From Patescibacteria group bacterium (GTDB lineage Bacteria > Patescibacteriota > Gracilibacteria > Peribacterales > Peribacteraceae): a stretch of 64,000 bases of DNA. The notes beneath the pieces are model-generated. The model had not been told where the DNA came from, did no database searches, and was given only the letters and a program-made list of their open reading frames with translations. Where the stretch lies: positions 3,095 through 67,094 of the forward strand of contig JALQTW010000004.1 of NCBI GenBank assembly GCA_023263945.1. Reading direction: 5' to 3'. The translations under genes were made by a program, and so were the position numbers. This document shows, in pieces, positions 27,037 through 34,302 of this stretch (its first letter is position 1; every line of letters starts with the position of its first letter).

Positions 27037-27729
27037 ATGCCCAATCCCACATCCCTCACATCTCTGGAGAAAGCCATTCGTGTGCATTTTCATGATAAAG
27101 AGCTCCTCGCTCAGGCGCTGACGCACCGCAGTGCCGTGCATATGAGCAGAACGAATGGACACAATGAACGTCTGGAGTTTTTAGGTGATGCGGTACTGGA
27201 GCTCGTCTCAACAGAGTATCTTTATCATTTAACAGATCGCCCGGAAGGGGAACTCACGAACTGGCGTTCAGCCCTTGTACAACGCGATAACCTTGCGGAT
27301 GTTGCGCAGGAATTAAAGCTTGGTGAGTATATTTTCATGAGTAGAGGAGAAGAGGCGAGCGATGGTCGCTCCAAGGAATCGACCCTCGCAAACGCCCTGG
27401 AAGCACTCATTGGTGCCATCTATTTGGATCAAGGGTTTGATCCCACTCGTACGTTCATTGAGGATTTCATTCTTGCACGCCTTCAAGATCTCCTTTCCAA
27501 AGGAAAACACCGCGATGAGAAGAGCGTGTTCCAGGAAATCGCACAGGAGAAAACAGGCAAAACACCTACGTACAAAACTGTGTCGGAAGTCGGTCCTGAT
27601 CACGAAAAGATCTTCACCTGTGCCGTCTGTATTGGTGATGAAGAAGTTGCGCACGGAACAGGCAATAGTAAACAGCGTGCAGAGCAGGCTGCTGCCAAAG
27701 AAGGGCTACGGGTGAAGGGGTGGAAATAA
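27037..27729 (+). CDS. rnc: Ribonuclease III
   Basis: Signature ERLEFLGDAVLELV plus a C-terminal dsRBD (GPDHEKIFTCAV...GNSKQRAEQAAAKEGL). Confidence 0.9.
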   Translation: MPNPTSLTSLEKAIRVHFHDKELLAQALTHRSAVHMSRTNGHNERLEFLGDAVLELVSTEYLYHLTDRPEGELTNWRSALVQRDNLADVAQELKLGEYIFMSRGEEASDGRSKESTLANALEALIGAIYLDQGFDPTRTFIEDFILARLQDLLSKGKHRDEKSVFQEIAQEKTGKTPTYKTVSEVGPDHEKIFTCAVCIGDEEVAHGTGNSKQRAEQAAAKEGLRVKGWK

Positions 27730-27737
27730 AAAAGTGG

Positions 27738-27792
27738 TACGTTGCAGGGTAGCACGTTACACGTTTTATCTTGCTACCGTGTAACGCGCAAC
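27738..27792. repeat. GGTAGCA / CGTTACACG word element
   Basis: GTTGCAGGGTAGCACGTTACACG-TTTTATCTT-GCTACCGTGTAACGCGCAAC. The complementary blocks are in crossed order, so the two hairpins are mutually exclusive. A related element lies at 29681-29719. Confidence 0.6.
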
Positions 27793-27801
27793 ATGAAACA
27801 T

Positions 27802-28326
27802 TTATCCCATCCTAATCTCAATGTTCACACCCGCAGGAAGGCTCAAGTTCTGGAGAGAGTCGACTGTCTTGAACGTTGTCTCGGAGAGATCGATCAAACG
27901 GCGGTGAATGCGCATTTCAAACTGATCACGGGCGTCTTTATGGACGAACGTAGAGCGGTTCACGGTGAACTTCTTGATCTTCGTGGGAAGGGGAATAGGA
28001 CCATGCACAACGGCACCGCTGCGTTCTGCCGTATCGATAATCTTGAGGGCTGCTTCATCCAGCACGGCGTGGTCAAATCCGCTTAAACGAATGCGGATTC
28101 CCTGAATCTTCGGGTGACCCTTCTCCATGGCTTTTGCCGCTGCCGATGCTTCCATGGGAAGTTGCTGCTTGGAAGGAGCCGCCTTCGCTTTGGGAGCGGG
28201 AGGAGCTTTCTTAGGAGCTTCTTTCTTTGCCACAGTTCCGCCTTTTGGCGAGACAAGCTTCTTTGCTACCGGCTTCTTGGCCGGAGCAGATTTTTTCGCT
28301 GGAGTTTTCTTCTTCTCGGGAGTCAT
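27802..28326 (-). CDS. rpsJ: 30S ribosomal protein S10 with a ~70-aa Lys/Ala/Pro-rich N-terminal extension
   Basis: The C-terminal 100 aa (IRIRLSGFDHAVLDEAALKIIDTAERSGAVVHGPIPLPT...) are canonical uS10. The upstream in-frame sequence is MTPEKKKTPAKKSAPAKKPVAKK.... Internal Met codons at residues 58 and 67 are alternative starts. Confidence 0.85.
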   Translation of the reverse strand: MTPEKKKTPAKKSAPAKKPVAKKLVSPKGGTVAKKEAPKKAPPAPKAKAAPSKQQLPMEASAAAKAMEKGHPKIQGIRIRLSGFDHAVLDEAALKIIDTAERSGAVVHGPIPLPTKIKKFTVNRSTFVHKDARDQFEMRIHRRLIDLSETTFKTVDSLQNLSLPAGVNIEIRMG

Positions 28327-28353
28327 AGAAGCGGTGGGAAAGAAAGAACAGTC

Positions 28354-28394
28354 CGGCTTCGTCCCATCCCCCTTGCGGGGGAGGGACTACGCCG
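28354..28394 (-). promoter_or_regulatory. GC-rich hairpin with GCAA (GNRA) loop between tuf and rpsJ
   Basis: The minus strand reads CGGC-GTAG-TCCCTCCCCC-GCAA-GGGGGATGGGA-CGAA-GCCG. It may be a terminator or attenuator, or a processing site. Confidence 0.5.
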
Positions 28395-28401
28395 AGAGAA
28401 A

Positions 28402-29583
28402 TTATTTTTTAATTGCGGTTACAACACCGGCACCAACCGTGCGGCCACCTTCGCGGATTGCGAAGCGTGTTCCGGTATCGAGAGCGATGGGAGCACCAAG
28501 CGTGACGACGAACTTAATGTTGTCACCCGGCATGACCATTTCGACACCTGCAGGAAGTTCTACAGAGCCCGTCACGTCCGTTGTACGAACGTAGAACTGT
28601 GGCTTGTAACCCTTGAAGAAAGGAGTGTGGCGTCCACCTTCCTCTTTCGTGAGGATATACACTTCTGCTTCGAATTCCGTATGAGGCTTAATGGAGCCTG
28701 GCTTTGCAAGCACCTGACCGCGCTCAATGTCTTCGCGTTCAATACCACGGAGGAGGAGACCGGCGTTGTCACCAGCCATACCTTCGTCCAGTTGCTTGTG
28801 GAACATTTCGATTCCCGTCACAACCGTCTTCTTCGTCTCACGAATACCCACAATTTCCACTTCATCGTTCAGTTTGATCTTTCCTGTTTCAATACGTCCC
28901 GTTGCCACTGTTCCACGTCCCTTGATGGAGAACACGTCTTCCACGGACATCAGGAATGGCTTGTCCGTTTCACGCTTTGGCTCAGGGATGTACGTATCAA
29001 GAGCATCCAGCAGTTCCTTCAGCTTACCGACGTTTTCAGCGTCTCCTTCAACAGCTTTGAGAGCAGAACCCTTGATGATAGGAGTCTTGTCTCCTGGGAA
29101 ACCGTACTTCGTGAGAAGTTCGCGGACTTCCACTTCAACGAGTTCGATCAATTCAGGATCCTTCACCATGTCGATCTTGTTCAAGAACACTACGATGTAC
29201 GGAACGTTCACCTGGCGAGCCAAGAGAATGTGTTCACGAGTCTGTGGCATGGGTCCATCTGCAGCGGACACCACAAGAATTGCTCCGTCCATTTGTGCTG
29301 CACCGGTGATCATGTTCTTCACGTAGTCAGCGTGACCAGGACAGTCCACGTGTGCGTAGTGACGCTTTGCAGATTCGTACTCCACGTGCGCCGTATTGAT
29401 GGTAATTCCACGTGCCTTTTCCTCCGGAGCATTGTCGATATCGGCATATGCCTTTTTCTCGCCTTCCGGAGAGAAGTTAACGGAGAGGGCCGCGGTGAGG
29501 GTTGTCTTACCGTGGTCGACGTGACCGATCGTACCGACGTTCACGTGCGGCTTACTTCGATCGAATTTCTTTGCATCTGCCAT
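28402..29583 (-). CDS. tuf: Elongation factor Tu
   Basis: [24 protein letters not shown] and SAL motifs. Full length, 393 aa. Confidence 0.97.
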   Translation of the reverse strand: MADAKKFDRSKPHVNVGTIGHVDHGKTTLTAALSVNFSPEGEKKAYADIDNAPEEKARGITINTAHVEYESAKRHYAHVDCPGHADYVKNMITGAAQMDGAILVVSAADGPMPQTREHILLARQVNVPYIVVFLNKIDMVKDPELIELVEVEVRELLTKYGFPGDKTPIIKGSALKAVEGDAENVGKLKELLDALDTYIPEPKRETDKPFLMSVEDVFSIKGRGTVATGRIETGKIKLNDEVEIVGIRETKKTVVTGIEMFHKQLDEGMAGDNAGLLLRGIEREDIERGQVLAKPGSIKPHTEFEAEVYILTKEEGGRHTPFFKGYKPQFYVRTTDVTGSVELPAGVEMVMPGDNIKFVVTLGAPIALDTGTRFAIREGGRTVGAGVVTAIKK

Positions 29584-29680
29584 AAAAAGGTGAGGAAAAA
29601 GGGTCTAAAAATGAAGAATTTCTAAGGCATGCTAGCCTTAAAAGCCAAAGGAGTCTAGAGAGGAATAGAAGGGGAGTCAA

Positions 29681-29719
29681 GTAACGTTACACGGTAGCAG
29701 GTTGCTGGGTAGCAGGTTG
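29681..29719. repeat. CGTTACACG / GGTAGCAGGTTG word element
   Basis: GTAACGTTACACGGTAGCAGGTTGCTGGGTAGCAGGTTG. It shares its words with 27738-27792 on the other side of the rpsJ-tuf block. Confidence 0.6.
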
Positions 29720-29724
29720 TCCGA

Positions 29725-29985
29725 TTATGAGTCGTAAACTGTTGATCGATGCGCTATCGCTAAAATTTGCACTTCCTGCTTTTGAATAACAAAAATCACT
29801 CGATAATCGCCAATACGGAGGCTGCGTAGACCTTTTAAAGAATGTCGAAGGGGTTTTCCAAACAGTTCGGGATCGCTTGTCAATTTAACTTCAATTGCCT
29901 TACGGATACGCACAAGATCTTTCTTCGGTAAACGTTTGAAAGCCTTTCTATCAATCTGATCGCTATAAACGATTCTGTACCTCAT
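29725..29985 (-). CDS. RelE/ParE-family type II toxin
   Basis: The 86-aa protein ends ...LRSLRIGDYRVIFVIQKQEVQILAIAHRSTVY, the typical RelE/StbE C-terminal block. Its start overlaps the antitoxin stop (ATGA). Confidence 0.75.
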   Translation of the reverse strand: MRYRIVYSDQIDRKAFKRLPKKDLVRIRKAIEVKLTSDPELFGKPLRHSLKGLRSLRIGDYRVIFVIQKQEVQILAIAHRSTVYDS

Positions 29986-30203
29986 GACCAGAACTTTTTA
30001 TGACTGATGTATTTCTTCGTCTTTTTGAGTCTCTCTTCGCCTAGCTCACTCAAGTAGGCATCTTCTTCTATATCCATTGCCATTTTCAGTAATTCCAAGG
30101 CTTTGGTTGCCTGTGGCACATCATCACGCGCAGAAAGTTCCTGCAGGAGGATATGAACATCGTTTGGCAGACTGATGTTGATACGCTTCTTAGAGGTTGG
30201 CAT
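29982..30203 (-). CDS. Ribbon-helix-helix-type antitoxin
   Basis: 73 aa. The N-terminal KRINISLPNDVHILLQELS is an RHH beta-strand/helix pattern. It lies upstream of, and overlaps, the RelE-like gene. Confidence 0.6.
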   Translation of the reverse strand: MPTSKKRINISLPNDVHILLQELSARDDVPQATKALELLKMAMDIEEDAYLSELGEERLKKTKKYISHKKFWS

Positions 30204-30209
30204 ATTCCT

Positions 30210-30239
30210 AGTGTATCAAAAGTGTATCACCTTTGTCAA
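30210..30239 (-). promoter_or_regulatory. Near-consensus promoter with direct-repeat operator, leaderless
   Basis: The minus strand reads TTGACA, an 18-nt spacer, TACACT, AGGAAT, then ATG 30203. The spacer contains TGATACAC twice (GGTGATACACTTTTGATACACT). Confidence 0.55.
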
Positions 30240-30484
30240 ACTGCGGATTTCTCATACGGTGCGCCAAACGGTACAAAAGGCTCAATGTTCAGATTGAGGA
30301 GAACGCCTTTTATCTGCTCTACCTGGCCCTGTGTAAGATTCATGAGTACGGTGTCTATTCCGCCCCACGTTCCCGAGAGATCTGCATCAGACAGAACCTG
30401 CTGTACATCCGCATACATCCTGGCACCAGCATTTTCACGCTGGTCTGACGGAGCTTTTTTCTCTGTGAGTTTGTAATACTCCAT
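30236..30484 (-). CDS. Candidate small protein (82 aa, MEYYKLTEKK...), unknown function
   Basis: This is the internal-ATG version of the listed ORF 30236..30754. The long version would overlap the glycosylase gene by 210 nt. No recognisable motif. Confidence 0.3.
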   Translation of the reverse strand: MEYYKLTEKKAPSDQRENAGARMYADVQQVLSDADLSGTWGGIDTVLMNLTQGQVEQIKGVLLNLNIEPFVPFGAPYEKSAV

Positions 30485-30544
30485 ATGTCTGCATAGTAAT
30501 CGCACAAAGGTGCAAGTCAATACATCACCAGATACAATAAAAGC

Positions 30545-31480
30545 ATGGACCGTGCTGAGAAAATGAAAGCCTTTTCGGATGCCATCTGGGGATGGTTTTC
30601 TGAACATAAGAGAACGCTTCCGTGGCGGGATGTAGATCATCTCTCTGCGGCTGATCGAGCATATCGTGTCTGGATTTCTGAAGTGATGCTGCAACAGACA
30701 CAGGTGAGCAGGGTCATCGTCATTTTTGATCGCTTCCTCAAAGAATTCCCTCATCTAAGAGACCTCGCACAGGCGTCCAATCGTGATGTGATCATGGCCT
30801 GGAGAGGGATGGGGTATAACTCCCGTGCACTCAGGCTTCGTGATGGTGCAAAGGTGGTTATGGATCAATTTGGAGGAACTTTTCCTCATGACGTGGAGCA
30901 CCTCCGATCCATCCCTGGCATCGGGCGTTACACGGCGGGAGCTATCCGCAATTTTGCGTTCAATCTTCCAACGCCGTGTATCGATACAAACATCGAACGG
31001 ATTTTATTACGTGTGTTCTATGCACCGTCTGTCATATCTGTGAAGACCGATGAGCTGTATCAACTTGCATCGAACATTCTCAATATCGCGATCGATCCCG
31101 CTGAACTCCATTTCACGAAAGACTGGCATGCAGCACTCATGGACTTTGGCTCTCTTGTGTGCACCAAGACGAACCCTCGTTATGAGAGTGATCCTCTCAT
31201 GGCTCTTGGTCTCTACGAAAGTCCGTATCGATCGGACATCAAGAAGAAAGCAAAAGAACGGTTCCATCATGGAGAGCCAAATCGTATTTATCGTGGACGG
31301 ATTATCGAGGCGCTTCGGAATCGTCCGAATGGTATTCCATCTGAAGATCTTGGTGATTTGATCGATACACAATGGAAAGGAAAGAAGGAGGAAAAAGTGT
31401 GGTTAGAAAAAATCATCCAAAGGCTCGTAAAAGATCATCTTATTGAAATGAAAAAGGATCGAGTTCGCTTAAAGATTTAG
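30545..31480 (+). CDS. HhH-GPD DNA glycosylase, MutY/Nth-like, lacking three of four Fe-S cysteines
   Basis: LPWR, VWISEVMLQQTQV, WRGMGYNSRA, IPGIGRYTAGAI and CIDTNIERIL. In the cluster region (VCTKTNPRYESDPLMALGL) only the first Cys is retained. Confidence 0.7.
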   Translation: MDRAEKMKAFSDAIWGWFSEHKRTLPWRDVDHLSAADRAYRVWISEVMLQQTQVSRVIVIFDRFLKEFPHLRDLAQASNRDVIMAWRGMGYNSRALRLRDGAKVVMDQFGGTFPHDVEHLRSIPGIGRYTAGAIRNFAFNLPTPCIDTNIERILLRVFYAPSVISVKTDELYQLASNILNIAIDPAELHFTKDWHAALMDFGSLVCTKTNPRYESDPLMALGLYESPYRSDIKKKAKERFHHGEPNRIYRGRIIEALRNRPNGIPSEDLGDLIDTQWKGKKEEKVWLEKIIQRLVKDHLIEMKKDRVRLKI

Positions 31481-31490
31481 TGATAGGACA

Positions 31491-31521
31491 AACCCTCGCC
31501 CCAATTACGGGGCTCCGGTTT
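31491..31521. terminator. Hairpin between convergent genes
   Basis: AAACC-CTC-GCCCC-AATTAC-GGGGC-TCC-GGTTT. There is no clear T-tract on either side. Confidence 0.4.
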
Positions 31522-31534
31522 ATCAAAAAATAAA

Positions 31535-31564
31535 TCTCAATTCTTAATTCCAAATTCTCGATTC
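31535..31564. repeat. TCTCAAT 7-mer array (complement of ATTGAGA)
   Basis: TCTCAAT TCTTAAT TCCAAAT TCTCGAT TC. Confidence 0.7.
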
Positions 31565-32229
31565 TATGAAGCCATCGCTTCTGCCTTCACTGCCCTTCGC
31601 ATGGTCCACAGCGCACTCACGCCAAGCGTTGTGAGAGCAACAATGAGGCCAGGCCCCGTGTGGCTCAACGGAGCACCGGAATTGTTGTTTCCTACGGAGA
31701 GAACCGGGGGGTAAGGCTTGTATCCGTCTGGGTAGTATTGGTTTGGATAATTCGGATAGTTTGGGTAGCCGTAGGGGCAACCGTACGCTGCACAGTTAGG
31801 GTCATACGCACCGCCAGATCCACCAGAACCACTTCCACCGCCTGTGTTTCTTGGAGAAGATGAAGAACTGCCTGTGGGCAATTGAGGAACAATGTCATCA
31901 TCGCCATTTGGCAACTGGGGTACGATGTCATCGTCCGTGGTTGGAAGCTGTGGAATTTGATTTGCAGTCGGAAGGTTTGGAATCTGAGAATTTGGAGTCG
32001 GGAGATTCGGAATTTGCGAGTTACCCAAATTCAGCGTGGGAATGGCAGGATGGAGCTGAGGGATTTGGCTTCCGCTGGGAGATTGCTGCGACGGAAAGAG
32101 ACCGTTCAATGCTTCATCGGGCGTCACATATGCGTAAGCAGACCCGCTTGTGAGTAGCGGAATCATCAAGCCTGCAAGAACAAGGCCGAAACGGGCAATT
32201 CGTGAAGTGATATGGGTATGGGTGTACAA
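31564..32229 (-). CDS. Secreted Pro/Gln-rich repeat protein with LPXTG-like C-terminal sorting signal
   Basis: A TTG at 32229 lies 6 nt after a TATAAT box. The signal peptide ends SGSAYA. Repeats are NSQIPNLPT x2-3 and DDDIVPQLP x2. The C-terminus is PLSHTG-PGLIVALTTLGVSALWT-MRRAVK. Confidence 0.5.
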   Translation of the reverse strand: MYTHTHITSRIARFGLVLAGLMIPLLTSGSAYAYVTPDEALNGLFPSQQSPSGSQIPQLHPAIPTLNLGNSQIPNLPTPNSQIPNLPTANQIPQLPTTDDDIVPQLPNGDDDIVPQLPTGSSSSSPRNTGGGSGSGGSGGAYDPNCAAYGCPYGYPNYPNYPNQYYPDGYKPYPPVLSVGNNNSGAPLSHTGPGLIVALTTLGVSALWTMRRAVKAEAMAS

Positions 32230-32235
32230 CGTTTT

Positions 32236-32246
32236 ATTATAGCACA
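32236..32246 (-). promoter_or_regulatory. Extended -10 promoter (TGTGCTATAAT), leaderless
   Basis: The reverse complement reads TTTTTGTGCTATAAT, then AAAACG (6 nt), then TTG 32229. The listed ORF start MCYNK is a read-through of this promoter. Confidence 0.5.
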
Positions 32247-32300
32247 AAAAGGGGGTTTTTTACAAGGGAGGATCTGGGCTTAGGAAAGCCACAACCGCGC

Positions 32301-32382
32301 TAGAATTGAGAATTTGGAATGGTGAATTGAGAAAGGGTAAGAGTCCATTCTTCTCAATTCTAGATTCTCAATTCGCAATTCT
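32301..32382. repeat. Long imperfect inverted repeat of GAATTGAGAA words (stem-loop after the 620-aa gene)
   Basis: GAATTGAGAA (32323-32) pairs with TTCTCAATTC (32351-60). GAATTGAGAAT (32303-13) pairs with ATTCTCAATTC (32365-75). Confidence 0.65.
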
Positions 32383-32386
32383 TTCT

Positions 32387-34249
32387 CTAGTTTGTTGGGA
32401 TAATCACACGATCGTAGATCTTCACATCATCAATCTGGCCGGCAAACGGAGAGATGGCTGCATCGCCCATGCCAATCTGCGCTTCTCCATTGTTGATAAT
32501 GGAATTGATGCCGCCTGGACTGCGCAAGGTATTGAGTGTGACGTTGAGATTTCCTCGTGCTGTGGAGAATTCCGTGCCATTCACGTAGATTTTCACCGCG
32601 TCAGGAGTTCCGGCGAGAGCTGCATTTGTGCCGTTGTAACTCACCACAACATGATGAATGGCTCCCGTACCGAAAGCCGTACCGGTCTTCACTTCAAGGC
32701 CAATGGGATTTAAGAAAGAACTGCCGGACATCTTAAAGCCGAATCGCTGATCGGCGGTGTATGTCATAGCCCACCCCGGGAAAGAAAAGCCTCTGCTCTC
32801 CACTTTTCCAACAATAATACCATCCTGCGTGCTCGTTGCACTGGGCTTTGCGTACGCACCCAGAGAGAAATCGTTGTTGTACTGGAAATTGAAGAGGGCC
32901 AATGCTCCAATATTCACATACTGATCAATGCCATTCAGACTTGCAGAACTTCCCACTCCTGTCAGAGGGGAGCTCCATGTAGCACCATTTGCGAAGACAA
33001 CATCATGATCACCCGTTGTGGCATCTTGGGATACTGTTCCGTTTCCTTCATTCAGTGGCCAGTAACCAAGAAGACCTGCTTCCAGTCCTGCTTGAACCGT
33101 GAAGGTGACAACGCGGGTGGTGAATGGTGTGGGGAAAGGGAATGAATCGTTCAGGGCAGTCATAGAGACAACGTACGTACCGGGTGTTGTGGGAGTCCAT
33201 GTAAGTTCGCCGGTCGTTTGATCAAACGATGAACCGCCCAGGTTAATACTGTTCACGCCCCCAACGAAAGCGAGGAGATCAAATTCTTCAATCACACCGT
33301 TGGGGTTCAAGTCTGCGCTGGCAAGGAACCCGGAATCGCCTGTGTGTTTACCGAAGAGGCTCTCAATGAGATTGTAATCTGTTCCATCCACAAACGTGTC
33401 TCCGTTCACATCAAGATGTACGGGGCCAGCCATCATATTCTGGGAAGCCATGAGGAAACGAACGCTATCGGTTTCTGGATCTGTTACATCCAACGTAAGA
33501 CTAAAAGGTTGTCCCACCGTGAGATTGTATGTCGTATTCAGATTATTAAAGACCGGTGGCTGGTTTGCGGTAACAGTACTGGAGGAAGAGCTTGAAGAAG
33601 AACTGGAAAGCTGATCGGAAACACAGACTCCACTGTTACACACCATGAGCGCAGGACAGACATTCGTTCCATTATCGCAGGGGAGACAGATACCGTTTAC
33701 ACAAACCTGACTATTGGGACAAAGCGCACCCGAGCATTGTGCAGAGGAGCTGGAACTACTCACTGCTCCTGCAGCACTGCAGCGAAAATCAAATTGCTGT
33801 GTTGCCTGCACGTAATATGTTCTGTTGGGCTTGAATGTTGCAAGGACGGGAGAAGCATTTCCTGCAAAACCAAAACGCTCACCGGGCCATGTTGCGCTCG
33901 TAGGATTTTTCTCTGCAGCGAAGTCTGCTGTGTACTCATAAATCTTCAGTCCTGAGACACCGGAAAAATCTGATGGAGAAAGCCACTGATCGCTTCCGCC
34001 AAGGGATGCAGGGCATGTGAAGATACCGTGGGTTCCGGCTGGGAGGTTTGCATTTTCTGCAGAGGCAAGAGGACCAAAACGGAAATTTTCCGTCAAGCCG
34101 TTTCTCATAAAACTCTTGTCGCTCAATGCTCCGCCAAGTCCGCCAAGTCCCCCCAACTGTGCAATGGCTACAACCACAAGAAGTGCCAGAACAACAATGG
34201 TTCCAAGAACGTACGTACGATGACGGGAAGCGGATGGGGGAGTGGGCAT
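32387..34249 (-). CDS. Anchored surface protein: N-terminal 2-Cys domain, 8-Cys module, Ig-like domain with dockerin-like insert, LamG
   Basis: TM VLGTIVVLALLVVVAIA. 8-Cys module QCSGALCPNSQVCVNGICLPCDNGTNVCPALMVCNSGVCVS. Dockerin-like insert DVNGDTFVDGTDYNLI...DLNPNGVIEEFDLLAF. C-terminal LamG (HHVVVSYNG...IYVNG...GQIDDVKIYD). Confidence 0.6.
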   Translation of the reverse strand: MPTPPSASRHRTYVLGTIVVLALLVVVAIAQLGGLGGLGGALSDKSFMRNGLTENFRFGPLASAENANLPAGTHGIFTCPASLGGSDQWLSPSDFSGVSGLKIYEYTADFAAEKNPTSATWPGERFGFAGNASPVLATFKPNRTYYVQATQQFDFRCSAAGAVSSSSSSAQCSGALCPNSQVCVNGICLPCDNGTNVCPALMVCNSGVCVSDQLSSSSSSSSSSTVTANQPPVFNNLNTTYNLTVGQPFSLTLDVTDPETDSVRFLMASQNMMAGPVHLDVNGDTFVDGTDYNLIESLFGKHTGDSGFLASADLNPNGVIEEFDLLAFVGGVNSINLGGSSFDQTTGELTWTPTTPGTYVVSMTALNDSFPFPTPFTTRVVTFTVQAGLEAGLLGYWPLNEGNGTVSQDATTGDHDVVFANGATWSSPLTGVGSSASLNGIDQYVNIGALALFNFQYNNDFSLGAYAKPSATSTQDGIIVGKVESRGFSFPGWAMTYTADQRFGFKMSGSSFLNPIGLEVKTGTAFGTGAIHHVVVSYNGTNAALAGTPDAVKIYVNGTEFSTARGNLNVTLNTLRSPGGINSIINNGEAQIGMGDAAISPFAGQIDDVKIYDRVIIPTN

Positions 34250-34302
34250 AACCTTTATGGAGATGATAGAGGAGAGAGGAGGGCAAAGGAAAGCAATTTT
34301 TT

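Noticed and set aside
28114-29625. 503-aa ORF on the + strand (plus 28127..28594 and 28727..29326)
   Set aside because: It lies antisense to EF-Tu and S10. Its composition is low-complexity and Cys/Arg/His-rich with no motif. Long stop-free antisense frames are common opposite highly biased genes.
30485-30754. Long form (172 aa) of ORF 30236..30754
   Set aside because: It would overlap the well-supported glycosylase gene by 210 nt on the opposite strand. Only the internal-ATG 82-aa version is kept, at low confidence.
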